62,774 nucleotides of DNA, from positions 1 to 62,774 of the forward strand of contig CAYLLH010000049.1 in assembly GCA_964384785.1 (NCBI GenBank), written 5' to 3'. Below are positions 17,962 to 27,900 of this stretch, piece after piece (positions within the stretch are counted from its first letter, which is position 1; every line of letters starts with the position of its first letter). The DNA comes from an uncultured Thermoplasmatales archaeon. GTDB lineage: Archaea > Thermoplasmatota > E2 > DHVEG-1. A program made the translations under genes and the position numbers. Below the pieces are notes generated by a model that saw only the letters and a list, made by a program, of their open reading frames with translations, was not told where the DNA came from and searched no databases.

Positions 17962-19095
17962 TCACTCTTTAATGGTTAAAGTAAGATAATCACTAATACT
18001 TACATCAAAATTTCTAAATTCAATCCTTCTACCAATGGAATCCGAAACAATACCTGACATAATTCCTCTAAAAATTATATATTTAGATTTTTCTGAATAA
18101 GAAGTCCATGGGTAAAAAATAGATGCAATTTTAGGATTTTTTGAATCAAATGCAATTATGTCTCCAAAACCAAGTGCAGGATAATAATCTGAGATAAATT
18201 TTTTGTAATCTTTTCCCCCATATGTTTCTCTTAAAAATTTTCCATATTCAAAACAAATATCAAAAAGAATTTGCTCACCGTTTTCCAATTTTATTATCTC
18301 ATCCTCAAGAATGTATAATAAATGTGAATCACATGCAAAAAATCTAATTTTTTTATAAGATAGGATGCCTTCATGATATTTAAAAAATTTTGAATCGATT
18401 AGATCTCTTAAAGAGTTCTTGGAATAGGTAGTCTGTCTAATCTCATTTAATGTTTTGTAAGTACTATCAAATTTCTTTTCAAATAAATTTGTTTCAATAT
18501 AGAAATCATTAGTTTTTTCTTTAAGTTTTTCTCTGGGAGCACAGATTACTGAACATCTTTCATTCCCTCTACCTTGACATTCGATTTGTTTTCCTTCAAT
18601 TGTTTTATCTGAAAGTGCGTATGACCAAATTCCTGCTATTCCTCCATCAGTCATAACATATCCAAGGCCGTTTTTTCTACAGATTATATAATCTTTAACG
18701 GACATAGTTAAAACTTTGTCTCTAAGTTTTATTTCGTGTGTTGCATTAGTGGCAAACAATGTTTCGATGTATCTGACGAGAAAATAGGCAAAATCTAAAA
18801 ATTCTTTGTTTTTAGTATTTTTTATTGTTGGAAAATTAGACATAGACGCATAAAGGTATCCAAATTTTTTTCCTGCAGAATAAAGTGTTTGTTTCCCTTC
18901 TTCTCCGTAGTGTTCAACGATTTTATTTTCAATTAATTCTAATAAATGTTCAGATAAAAAAAATTCTCTTAATGATATTAGCTGATTTTTTCCACCAAAT
19001 GTATTTATAATGAATCCAGGATTTTCAATAATCTCTCGCTTTGGTATAATTACATTTTTTATAAACCACGATACAATTCTGTCTTTAACTGGCAT
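17962..19095 (-). CDS. V4R (4-vinyl reductase-like) domain protein, probable ligand-sensing partner of the upstream KaiC-like ATPase
   Basis: GKKFGYLYA, ICRKNGLGYVMTDGGIAGIWSYAL and ECQGRGNERCSVIC resemble the V4R Cys/Gly pattern. The C-terminal half looks like a second, Cys-less copy. Confidence 0.4.
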   Translation of the reverse strand: MPVKDRIVSWFIKNVIIPKREIIENPGFIINTFGGKNQLISLREFFLSEHLLELIENKIVEHYGEEGKQTLYSAGKKFGYLYASMSNFPTIKNTKNKEFLDFAYFLVRYIETLFATNATHEIKLRDKVLTMSVKDYIICRKNGLGYVMTDGGIAGIWSYALSDKTIEGKQIECQGRGNERCSVICAPREKLKEKTNDFYIETNLFEKKFDSTYKTLNEIRQTTYSKNSLRDLIDSKFFKYHEGILSYKKIRFFACDSHLLYILEDEIIKLENGEQILFDICFEYGKFLRETYGGKDYKKFISDYYPALGFGDIIAFDSKNPKIASIFYPWTSYSEKSKYIIFRGIMSGIVSDSIGRRIEFRNFDVSISDYLTLTIKE

Positions 19096-19131
19096 GAGAA
19101 AAACTTCTTATCTTTTAATTTTATAATGTTA

Positions 19132-19833
19132 TTAATCGGTAATCACAATGCCGTTATCATTGAATTCAAAGTTATGGGGAACATCATTAATTTTTGTCCA
19201 TCGTAATTTTTCAATCTCTATAGTTCGATTAGATGTTTCACCAAGTATTTTTCTATTCAATGATAACAAGCCATCTCCAATGTATCCAAGCATTTTGTTG
19301 GTTGGTTCTTTTTCGTCTTTTTGAGTTATACAAAGGGTAGTTATTCCATTTTGAGTTGTTTTTTCAAAAAGTTCAAGAAACTCGTAATAAGACACTGGTA
19401 GAGGTGAATGTGCTATAGCACTAATACTGTCAATTACAACTCTATTATAAGAATCATTTTCAACGTCTTGCAATATATTCTCAACCATTTTTTTATTAAT
19501 TGGCTTCATGAAATCAAAATGAACAATTTTTAGGTTACCTTGATCTTGCCATTGAGAAAAATTCCAGTTGAATTGATTTGCTTGTTTAATTATTGCATCT
19601 GGTGTTTGTTCAACAGTTATATATAAACATTTTTCATTATTTCTGCAACCTTCTGCGATAAATGCCATTCCAAATAATGTTTTTCCGGTACCCGGTAGTC
19701 CTGATAGTACAATATTTGAGCTTTTAGGAAAACCTCCTTGCATAAAATTATCTAAACCATTGATTCCAGATTTTACACGTTCTATTTCTTCATTATAATT
19801 TTTAAAATTGAAATTTTGTTCCATCTTTTCCAT
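19132..19833 (-). CDS. single-domain KaiC-like / RecA-superfamily ATPase (KaiC/GvpD/RAD55 family)
   Basis: SGINGLDNFMQGGFPKSSNIVLSGLPGTGKTLFGMAFIAEG (Walker A) and VVIDSISA (Walker B-like); 233 aa. Confidence 0.8.
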   Translation of the reverse strand: MEKMEQNFNFKNYNEEIERVKSGINGLDNFMQGGFPKSSNIVLSGLPGTGKTLFGMAFIAEGCRNNEKCLYITVEQTPDAIIKQANQFNWNFSQWQDQGNLKIVHFDFMKPINKKMVENILQDVENDSYNRVVIDSISAIAHSPLPVSYYEFLELFEKTTQNGITTLCITQKDEKEPTNKMLGYIGDGLLSLNRKILGETSNRTIEIEKLRWTKINDVPHNFEFNDNGIVITD

Positions 19834-20071
19834 CCATCCACAAAATTTTATCTTTAATTTGCATCAATAATCATGTAAATAGATTTTGTGGTAAATCGTA
19901 ATATAAAGACAATAGAATTAAAATCTAAGAAATCAAAAAAGACTTTGTTTCCTTCATAATGTTAACTAAATAAAAAAACTCTGTAAAGGTTTACCCAGGA
20001 TTATCTTATAAAGTATTTAATTCCGACCTTGTCCATTTTTTTGAGAAATTGTTATATACTATTATTTATGT

Positions 20072-20389
20072 ATGTTTTTTTTGTTTATGAATATTGATAA
20101 AAAAAGATTTTTAGATTCGCTGTTTCTTTCTGTTTTAGTAATCAACTTTTTGTTTATGATTTTTTTTGCAGGAGGTTTATTAAAGCTTTCCACGTCTTAC
20201 GGTGGAACTATTGAGACTTATGAGGAACCTTATCGCAATAAAGTTTCTGTTACTATAGCTGAAACTACTTCTGCGGGTCCTCCTTTTTATTTAAATCTCT
20301 GGATTTTGTCGGTTATTAATGTTATTTCGATTTTGTTGTTTGCTGGTTTAGTATATTTTGTAAAAGATTATTTTGATAGAAAACAATAA
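20072..20389 (+). CDS. small two-TM membrane protein
   Basis: Two hydrophobic segments flank a roughly 40-aa loop. First gene of the plus-strand redox cluster. Confidence 0.45.
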   Translation: MFFLFMNIDKKRFLDSLFLSVLVINFLFMIFFAGGLLKLSTSYGGTIETYEEPYRNKVSVTIAETTSAGPPFYLNLWILSVINVISILLFAGLVYFVKDYFDRKQ

Positions 20390-20446
20390 TTTTTTTTGCA
20401 AATTTTTTTTATAGCCGTATGTTATATGCTTTTTTTGGGGTTATTT

Positions 20447-20704
20447 ATGTCGGAGAAGATTCTTTTTTCATTGGAAAAATGTATGAAATGTACGCAGACG
20501 AAGCAGCTTCTTACGGGTCGTGATGATATCAGGATTGTTACTTTTCCTCATGATTTGAATGATTGGACTGATAAGGAGTTGAAGATGGCTAAAAATTATG
20601 ATGTTTTTGAGGATTTGCAGAAGACTGCTCCTATTTTGTGGAATGATGGTGATAAGTTAGTGGGTTATCTTCGTATTCGTAAATGGCTGCAGGATAATGG
20701 TTGA
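20447..20704 (+). CDS. glutaredoxin/NrdH-like small redoxin
   Basis: The ORF-track frame starts at TTG 20396. From ATG 20447 the 85-aa product has CMKC near the N-terminus and a TAPIL cis-Pro loop, i.e. a thioredoxin fold. Confidence 0.6.
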   Translation: MSEKILFSLEKCMKCTQTKQLLTGRDDIRIVTFPHDLNDWTDKELKMAKNYDVFEDLQKTAPILWNDGDKLVGYLRIRKWLQDNG

Positions 20705-20783
20705 TTTTTTTTAAAAATTAGCGGTTGTGCAAAAATATTGCACAAACATTAAATATGATGTATTAATACTATGCAAGATAATT

Positions 20784-21197
20784 ATGGATGAAGAATTAGA
20801 AAAAATAAAAAAGAAAAAACTTGAACAATTAAAGAAGGAATACATGAAAGGAGAAAAAAAAATGAATGAAAATATGCCAGATATACCAATAGAAATGTCA
20901 GATGCAGATATAAATGAACATTTACAAAAATATAACATGGTTGTAATTGATTGTTGGGCTCCATGGTGTGGCCCATGCCGAATGATACATCCAATAATAG
21001 AGGAGTTAGCAAAAGAGAAACAAGGGGAAATAGTTTTTGGAAGACTCAATGTAGATGAAAATAAACAGACTGCAATGAAATATCAAATAATGAGTATCCC
21101 TTCACTATTAGTTTTCAAAGAAGGAAAACTAGTTGATAAGATAGTTGGAGCAATGCCAAAAGGAGTTTTAAAGCCAAAAATAGAACAATATCAATGA
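20784..21197 (+). CDS. trxA: thioredoxin
   Basis: WAPWCGPCR active site, SIPSLLVFKEGK cis-Pro region. The track frame begins at GTG 20727; ATG 20784 (MDEELEKI) is more likely. Confidence 0.88.
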   Translation: MDEELEKIKKKKLEQLKKEYMKGEKKMNENMPDIPIEMSDADINEHLQKYNMVVIDCWAPWCGPCRMIHPIIEELAKEKQGEIVFGRLNVDENKQTAMKYQIMSIPSLLVFKEGKLVDKIVGAMPKGVLKPKIEQYQ

Positions 21198-21249
21198 TCA
21201 TTCTTTATCCTAAATTAGAAAATATACCACTATAAGGAAATGATGATAG

Positions 21250-21900
21250 GTGTCTAAAAGAAAAAGAGCAAATACGACTAAAAACAAAAAAAATAAAACA
21301 ACCTTTGCAGTTTTAGCTGCAATCATCATTCTTATCTTAGCTTCCACTGTTGCTGCCTTCACAATTTTACAAGAACAAGATAACCCACAAAATCAAAATA
21401 ATTCTAAAAACTTAGATGACTCTGACAACTCATTGGTTTTTAAAGGAGAAGATTTTGCTTTTTATGATTTGGAGGGAAATGTTAAGCATCTTAGTGATTA
21501 TGTTGGGAAAGTAGTAATTTTAGACCTGTGGGCTACATACTGTCAACCTTGTCAATATCAAATGATAGAGCTCAAAAAAGTATACGAAAACTATAGCCAA
21601 GAAGATGTAAAAATACTCTCAATAAATGTTCACCCTCCTGATACTAAAGATGTAATTAAGGATTTTCTTTATCAATTTGAACAGTCAGGATATAAACTAG
21701 AATGGTTTTTTGGTAGAGAAAAAGAAAATCTCGATGAATACGTGCACGGTGGAGGTATACCAGCTATGACTATTTTTGACAAACTAGGAAGAATACAAAA
21801 AAAAGAATCAGGGCTGTCTTTTTACGATGAAGTGCCACAGGAACTACAATCTCAAAAAGATTTTTTACTCTTGAAAGATGAAATAGATAAACTTTTATAA
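21250..21900 (+). CDS. membrane-anchored TlpA/ResA-like thiol-disulfide oxidoreductase (redoxin family)
   Basis: N-terminal TM anchor, VILDLWATYCQPCQYQMIELKKVY active site, GIPAMTIFD cis-Pro loop. GTG start. Confidence 0.75.
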   Translation: MSKRKRANTTKNKKNKTTFAVLAAIIILILASTVAAFTILQEQDNPQNQNNSKNLDDSDNSLVFKGEDFAFYDLEGNVKHLSDYVGKVVILDLWATYCQPCQYQMIELKKVYENYSQEDVKILSINVHPPDTKDVIKDFLYQFEQSGYKLEWFFGREKENLDEYVHGGGIPAMTIFDKLGRIQKKESGLSFYDEVPQELQSQKDFLLLKDEIDKLL

Positions 21901-21986
21901 ACAAAAAAATAAAAAAAGTTATTACTTATGATCTCATCAAAGAACAAAAAAAAAACAAAGAACAAAAAAAAATAAAAAAAAATGAG

Positions 21987-22517
21987 GTGGTAGTTTTTTT
22001 AAAAAAAAATAGAAAACCAAAAAAAACATTTATAATGATTGTTACACTAATCTTTCTAATTTTACCTTTTTTAAATGTCTCAGCTGAAATCCCGGATTAT
22101 CAAATAAATACTTCTCCAGATCTTCCTGATTCAGGATCATCAATTTCTTTTAATGTGTCATTCAATAATAGTTCCTTTGTAGAAAAGGTAAGAGTACAAT
22201 ATCATGAGTGTAGTAAAGAATTTGTTTGTAGTAAAAACAAATATGTAACATTAAACCGTAGTGGTTCAAATAGATACACTGGAGAGATTGATTTAAGTGA
22301 TAAAACTGCTATATATATGGAGTATCTTTTAGAAGTAACAATTAATGGCTCAGCAGAATCTAAAAAAAACTGGACAAAAATAACGCTTCAACCGGTTAAT
22401 ATTGAAAACATGTCTGATTCAGATAACAAAAAAGAATCACCGGGTATGAAATTTGCTATATTCTTTCTTGCTTTACTATTAATAGTTTTTTATGTTAGAA
22501 AGGTAAGAAAAAAATGA
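21987..22517 (+). CDS. secreted beta-rich protein with C-terminal hydrophobic anchor
   Basis: Signal-like N-terminus (KKNRKPKK + hydrophobic + VSA), N-glycosylation-type sequons, C-terminal SPGMKFAIFFLALLLIVFYVRKVRKK. The stop overlaps the next start (ATGA). Confidence 0.55.
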   Translation: MVVFLKKNRKPKKTFIMIVTLIFLILPFLNVSAEIPDYQINTSPDLPDSGSSISFNVSFNNSSFVEKVRVQYHECSKEFVCSKNKYVTLNRSGSNRYTGEIDLSDKTAIYMEYLLEVTINGSAESKKNWTKITLQPVNIENMSDSDNKKESPGMKFAIFFLALLLIVFYVRKVRKK

Positions 22518-23335
22518 TACTATTCCAAATTAAAAGATTAATAACACAGATTTCAGTATTTATATCCGTAAACTTAGGTGTATTTGGTTTTAAAACAGGT
22601 TTCTGTTTCCCTTTTTTTTACTGCCACTCCTGCCCATCGGCTAGTGGAGCATGTCCTCTAAGAGCTATAGAGAAAGGAGTTTATGATAATAGTTTCAAAT
22701 GGAAGCTTTTATTTTTTCCTTTACTAATAATAGGTTTCGTGGGAACTTTATCTGGACGAGCAGTATGTGGATGGGCATGTCCGATTGGTTTACTTCAAAG
22801 AGCAACAGGTAAGTTTGCAAGAAAAATAAAAAAAACACGTTTAGGAAAAATTGTTTTTCCAAATAAAATAGATCATTATCTTAGGTATTCCAAATACTTC
22901 ACTTTTATAGGTTTAGTTATACTTACTACATATTTTATAGGTTTTATGTTTACTGATATCTGCCCGGTGGGTGTTCTCACGGGGACTATCCCTATTATGA
23001 TTTTAAACCCGGGTCAGTTTGTTCCTTCAGGATATTTTTTACCTGCATTAATTGTTTTAGTATTTTTTATTCTTTTGATACTTCTTGTAGAAAGAGGATG
23101 GTGTCGTTATTTCTGTCCGGTAGGTGCTATTCTAGCACCCTTTAACAAAATAAGTTTACTTTATGTGAACGTAGATGCTGAGAAATGTATTCATTGTAAC
23201 AAATGTTCAGAAATATGTCCTATGGGTATAGATGTACCAAATATGAATAGAGATCCTGAATGCATAATGTGCGGGAAATGTGTAAACATTTGCCCTGAAA
23301 ACGCGATTAACTTTAAAATGAGTGGTACGAAATGA
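22514..23335 (+). CDS. polytopic 4Fe-4S polyferredoxin membrane protein (NapH/MauN/YccM-like)
   Basis: Cys-Pro motifs at TM boundaries (CHSCP, GACP, GWACPIG, DICPVG, RYFCPVG). Two C-terminal ferredoxin motifs, CIHCNKCSEICP and CIMCGKCVNICP. Confidence 0.75.
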   Translation: MILFQIKRLITQISVFISVNLGVFGFKTGFCFPFFYCHSCPSASGACPLRAIEKGVYDNSFKWKLLFFPLLIIGFVGTLSGRAVCGWACPIGLLQRATGKFARKIKKTRLGKIVFPNKIDHYLRYSKYFTFIGLVILTTYFIGFMFTDICPVGVLTGTIPIMILNPGQFVPSGYFLPALIVLVFFILLILLVERGWCRYFCPVGAILAPFNKISLLYVNVDAEKCIHCNKCSEICPMGIDVPNMNRDPECIMCGKCVNICPENAINFKMSGTK

Positions 23336-23979
23336 TAAAAAATTTTTTTTCGATACAAATTGTCATACTACTATTCTTTACAGCAGGATTAACCGGAGTT
23401 GTTGTAAAAACAAATGTTTATGATGATGTAAAAAATGGAATTGTAGATGTATTATGTCTTAGTTGCATAAAACTACAGCCTAAAACTTCAGCAGATTTCA
23501 CTTTTCAAACAGCTAACAATAAAGATCATCCAGAATTTGTAAAAGAAATCCTAAAAACAGAAGGTCCAATCTTAATACAGTATGGTGAAAGTGCATGTAA
23601 AGGCTGTGATCTAATGATAGAAAATGTAATGGAACCCTATTTTAATCTAACATTTCCCGAAAAAAAACCTAAATCATTTGAAACAAAAATAGAAAACAGA
23701 AATCTAAGCTTCTACTATATTTACATATTTGTTGATGATAACAAAAACAAAGTTCGTGAAGAATCCTATAAAATATATGACAAGGATAACATCGATGGTT
23801 TCCCAATGTTTACAATAATAACTCTGGAATATGATCACAGCGGAGACATTAAACCATACTATACAACACTATATGGTTTATTTGAAGGTGAAAACTACAA
23901 AAAAACAAAAGAAACCTTCACAATGCTTCTAAGTGAAAGCAGACAACTCTACGATAGAAATATAAAAGGATATAACTAA
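23332..23979 (+). CDS. membrane-anchored thioredoxin-fold protein with two CxxC motifs
   Basis: N-terminal TM, CLSC just after it, ILIQYGESACKGCDLM Trx-like active site, DGFPMFTI cis-Pro loop. The start overlaps the upstream stop (ATGA). Confidence 0.55.
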   Translation: MIKNFFSIQIVILLFFTAGLTGVVVKTNVYDDVKNGIVDVLCLSCIKLQPKTSADFTFQTANNKDHPEFVKEILKTEGPILIQYGESACKGCDLMIENVMEPYFNLTFPEKKPKSFETKIENRNLSFYYIYIFVDDNKNKVREESYKIYDKDNIDGFPMFTIITLEYDHSGDIKPYYTTLYGLFEGENYKKTKETFTMLLSESRQLYDRNIKGYN

Positions 23980-23986
23980 CCTTTTT

Positions 23987-24868
23987 TTATTTTAAAGATA
24001 TTTTTTTTCCTTTTTTGAGTGCTTCCACAGATTTCTCCTCAAACTCTCTAAGTTTTTCTTTATCAGATACAGCTTTTCGAGCTTTAACATTCTGATCCTT
24101 TATAGCCTGCTTAGCCTTACGATAACGTTCACGACGCTCCCCTTTGATCGCCATAATCTTAGATTTCATATCATAAGCTTTTTCATGATACTTCTGAGCC
24201 TCATCTCTAACTTTTATGTACTCCTCATGTTTCTTGTCAGCCTCAGCAATAGAAACCGAAAGCTCATTTACAAGTTTCATGTACTCATCATGTTTCTTCT
24301 GATTCTCACGATGAAACTTCATAACTTTTTCATGTTCCTCATCAGCTTTTTTAAAAAGTTCATCAATAACATTATCCTTGTCTTCAATATCAATCTCTAT
24401 TTTTTCTTGCTTAGAAAGCTCCTTTTCAGCTTTTTTACGTTCTTTTTCTTTTTCCCGGATTTTATCGATTAAATCACGTTCATCTTCAGTGCTCAAAGGA
24501 GTTGTTTCTTGTTTATACTTCAACATTTGAACATCTGCTTTAAGTTCTTCAACACGCATAGGAAGATTTTTAAAAAGTCCCCCACGTTTCTTACGTTTCG
24601 CCTCAATAAGTTTTTTAGCTTCTTCTTGAAGCTGATTTCTAATTTTTTTATGCTGTTTCATCTTCGAAACAAAATCATCACGTTCTTCTTTGGTCTTCTT
24701 CATCTTCTCGCGAACTTCTTTTTTTTCATCATTAAGCATGTCACGTTCTTCACGAAGACCTTTGGCCATATCATTAAGTTCGTTTCTTTTTTCGATATAG
24801 GATTGAAATTTTTTTTCGGCACCACGAAGATCCTTGATTTCTTCTTTTTTCTTGTTTTTATCAACCAT
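23987..24868 (-). CDS. archaeal coiled-coil protein of unknown function (COG1340-like)
   Basis: 293 aa, almost entirely heptad-like K/E-rich helix. Size and composition match the widespread uncharacterised archaeal coiled-coil family. Confidence 0.5.
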   Translation of the reverse strand: MVDKNKKKEEIKDLRGAEKKFQSYIEKRNELNDMAKGLREERDMLNDEKKEVREKMKKTKEERDDFVSKMKQHKKIRNQLQEEAKKLIEAKRKKRGGLFKNLPMRVEELKADVQMLKYKQETTPLSTEDERDLIDKIREKEKERKKAEKELSKQEKIEIDIEDKDNVIDELFKKADEEHEKVMKFHRENQKKHDEYMKLVNELSVSIAEADKKHEEYIKVRDEAQKYHEKAYDMKSKIMAIKGERRERYRKAKQAIKDQNVKARKAVSDKEKLREFEEKSVEALKKGKKISLK

Positions 24869-24952
24869 AAGAAAAACCCTACTGAAGCCTTTTTTTAAAA
24901 AAAATGGAATAAATACTTTTTATAAAGCTTTTGTTGTAATTTTTGAGATGTT

Positions 24953-27900
24953 TTATTGATTAACCTCAATATCAACCTCGTTTTTACCTTTTTCGGCTAT
25001 CCAAGGTATCTCAATTTCAGCAAAACCACCGCGAGGAATATCAATGTTTTCTACTTTGTTTTTAACTTCGCCGTTCACCTTTAAAACAACATTAACATTT
25101 TTAGCAGCAACCCCGCCTTTGTTTTCAAGTTTAAAAGAAGTAGTAACCTTATCTCCTTCCCTAAAAGCACGAGGCCAATGAAACATACCAGAAATACGAA
25201 GATCAGGTTTTTGATCCGTAATAGTTGTAATAACAGATAATTCCTCAATTTTTTGTTTTTCAATAGCTCTTACTGTTATTTTAACTTCTATCCAATCATC
25301 AGATTCTATTAAATCAGATGGTTCAACTGTTAAATTAACAGATTTAAAACCTTTAGGTTCAACCATAACACTATCTTTGTCAAGGGTGACCATCCAGCCT
25401 TCCGAATCAGTTTTTCTTTCTACATTAATCTGATAATTCATAGTTTTATTTGATGGATTATGAACAGTTATTGTGTATTCAGCGGCTTCATCAGCAGATA
25501 TCTCTCTTACACGGTCAACACATATAACTTCCATGTATTCCTTTTTAATTATCACTATAGCAGCTATTACAAATATCAATATTATAAATAGAACAACAAA
25601 TAACAAAAACCCTCCAGCGAAATCACCAAGAATTGAATCTAATCCCATACTTTCAGCTGCATCCTGAAATACATTATAAATCATTTCAAAAATACTAGGA
25701 TTTTTAACTTTAGTTGTAACATTAAAAACAAATGATTCCCCGCTTTCTTTAGAAGTAACTGTTATCATTAAAACATTTTTTTCAAGATCGGTGTCCTTAG
25801 GAACATTTACTTTTATGTTAAAATCAAGTTTCTCTTTAGCTTCAACTCCATCAAAGCTTTCATCAGATAAACTAGCTTTCCACTCCTCTTTTGCAAACTT
25901 AACCGATAATTCATAGTCATCTATTTTCAAACCATTGTTGTTGTTCTCTAAACTAAAAGATAAACTATTTGTTTTCCCTGTTTCAACAAATTTGGTAGAT
26001 AGATCGCTGATTAAAACATCATAATCAACACCCTCATATGAAACTTCAGCTAGAAAACCAAGTTTATCTAAACCAGTTTTACCGCCTACTTCTAATTCTA
26101 CATAGATAGAATCATCGTTTTCATATGCTTCCAGGTTTTCAAAGGTATGGTTTACATAAAAAGGAATTAAGACATATCCATCTTTAGAGATATCATAAGA
26201 ATCATCAATTAATTCAATTTCCCAGTTATTACTTTCCTTTGATGTTGTAATCTTTAATTCTTCAGCATACTTGCTGGTAACATTTAAAACAAAGAATTCA
26301 TTTTCACCAGCGGCCATTGGGTAAATATTTGGAAAATCTTCTGCAGTATATTTTTTATCGTCACCAATTTGAATGCTATTTATCTGAATATGATCTGTAT
26401 CTTCATATTCTACAGTTAAAGAAGACGGTGATTTTTCATCATTGAAAAGAATTTTCGAGTCTCTGGTTAGTCCTAATATGCCTTTATCAAACTCAGCATT
26501 AATTTTTAATTTTAAATTATGATCAAATGGGATCTCTTCGTTTATTTCACCGAAATCAATTACAATTTTATTTGAATTCAAAAGGGATGAACGAAAATCT
26601 AACTCATATTCAGAAGTTTTGATGAGATCTTCATTATTGCCTTTAACATCATATAATTCTCCCACTATACTTACGGCGTCTCTATTAATCAACTTAAGGT
26701 CATGATAATCAATATAGATATTTGCTTGAGCTTGTTTTATTATTTTGCTCCTACTTAAACTATTAACAGTACTCCAAGAACCTTCATTTTCTGATAAGTC
26801 CAACTTTTTTTGTTCTCCATCAAAATTTTCAGAGTCTATTAACTTATTTTCATCATGTAACAAGTAATCAACGGTATATTGTCCCTTAACATCTAAAGGA
26901 ATATCCACATATGAAGTATGAGAGCTTGATCCATATATTATTGATGCTGCTGTTGCATCATGAAAGAAATCATAAATAAAAGTATTATTTGAATCTTCAA
27001 GTGTTGAATTAGCAAAACCTATTATTAACTGGGTTATATTCTCTAATTCTTTACCATATTCTTTTAGAATTTCTATTTGATCTTGATTCTTCATTGTTTC
27101 TGCAATACTAAGTGCAATTTCTCCAATTGATTCAATCAGAGTTATTAAGCCCGAGTTGCTAGTATTTAGATCTTTAGTAAAAAAATCTATAGGTTTTGTT
27201 TCACCTGGGATTACCTCAACAGAAAATTTTAGTTTTTCACCTTTATTAATAGCTAAACTTGCTGATCCTGCGTTAATAATTTGATTATTAATTTTGTCAA
27301 AAAGATTGTTTTCAACATCTACTGTATGATCACAAATTAAAACATCTTTCTCTTCAGAATTTGCCTTGTAAACCTGTACTTTTATCTGATCTTTTATTCC
27401 CAATGGATAAAAATCTTCAATAAATGATGCAATTTTTGATGAAGAGAGTCTAGATGGAATATAATTTGAATGATATAAATTAAATTTAAAGTCCCCAGAT
27501 AATATTCTTGTATCTTCTATATTATAAACATGTGTCATTTTCAAAGGGTTTAAATCAATTTCACCGCCAGTAATAAGTTCTATTAAATCTTGATAGTTGA
27601 TTTCTCCTCCTAAATATTCAGAGGCTTTTTCAGTTAATTCTTCGCCTGCTTTGTTTATCAACCATAGTAATGCCCAGGAGATAAATTCTCCATTTTCTGT
27701 TCTTTTGGGTGATAAAATAAGTGGATCTGGAGGAAATATAATATCCTCTGTGGAAGTTGGTGCAGTAGATGTCATACTTGGTTGTTTTTTTAAGTTTGAT
27801 ATAAATTCTAAAGTATCTGTTATTCCACCTTCAGTGTTAGACATAAGATTATCTATTATAGTTAATATTGTTTCTTCAAAATTTGTAATGTTGGAAAGAG

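Noticed and set aside
15842-19833. Integrated mobile element at tRNA-Val carrying the UbiA-like, V4R and KaiC-like genes
   Set aside because: No integrase, transposase or recombinase gene, no duplicated tRNA 3' fragment noticed, and composition looks like the rest of the window. Only the 10-bp inverted repeat hints at anything, so this is not called as a mobile element.
20396-20783. Long N-terminal extensions from TTG 20396 (Grx-like) and GTG 20727 (thioredoxin), and the ORF-track start at 40292 for the beta-helix protein
   Set aside because: The extensions translate to hydrophobic or odd peptides with no signal-peptide logic. Downstream ATGs (20447, 20784, 40346) give canonical domain boundaries or a proper signal peptide. 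Start choice remains unverified.
21240-21246. C-box-like ATGATGA upstream of the TlpA-like gene as a possible C/D sRNA
   Set aside because: No CUGA D box follows within the next ~70 nt, there is no terminal stem, and the sequence overlaps the start region of a well-supported CDS.
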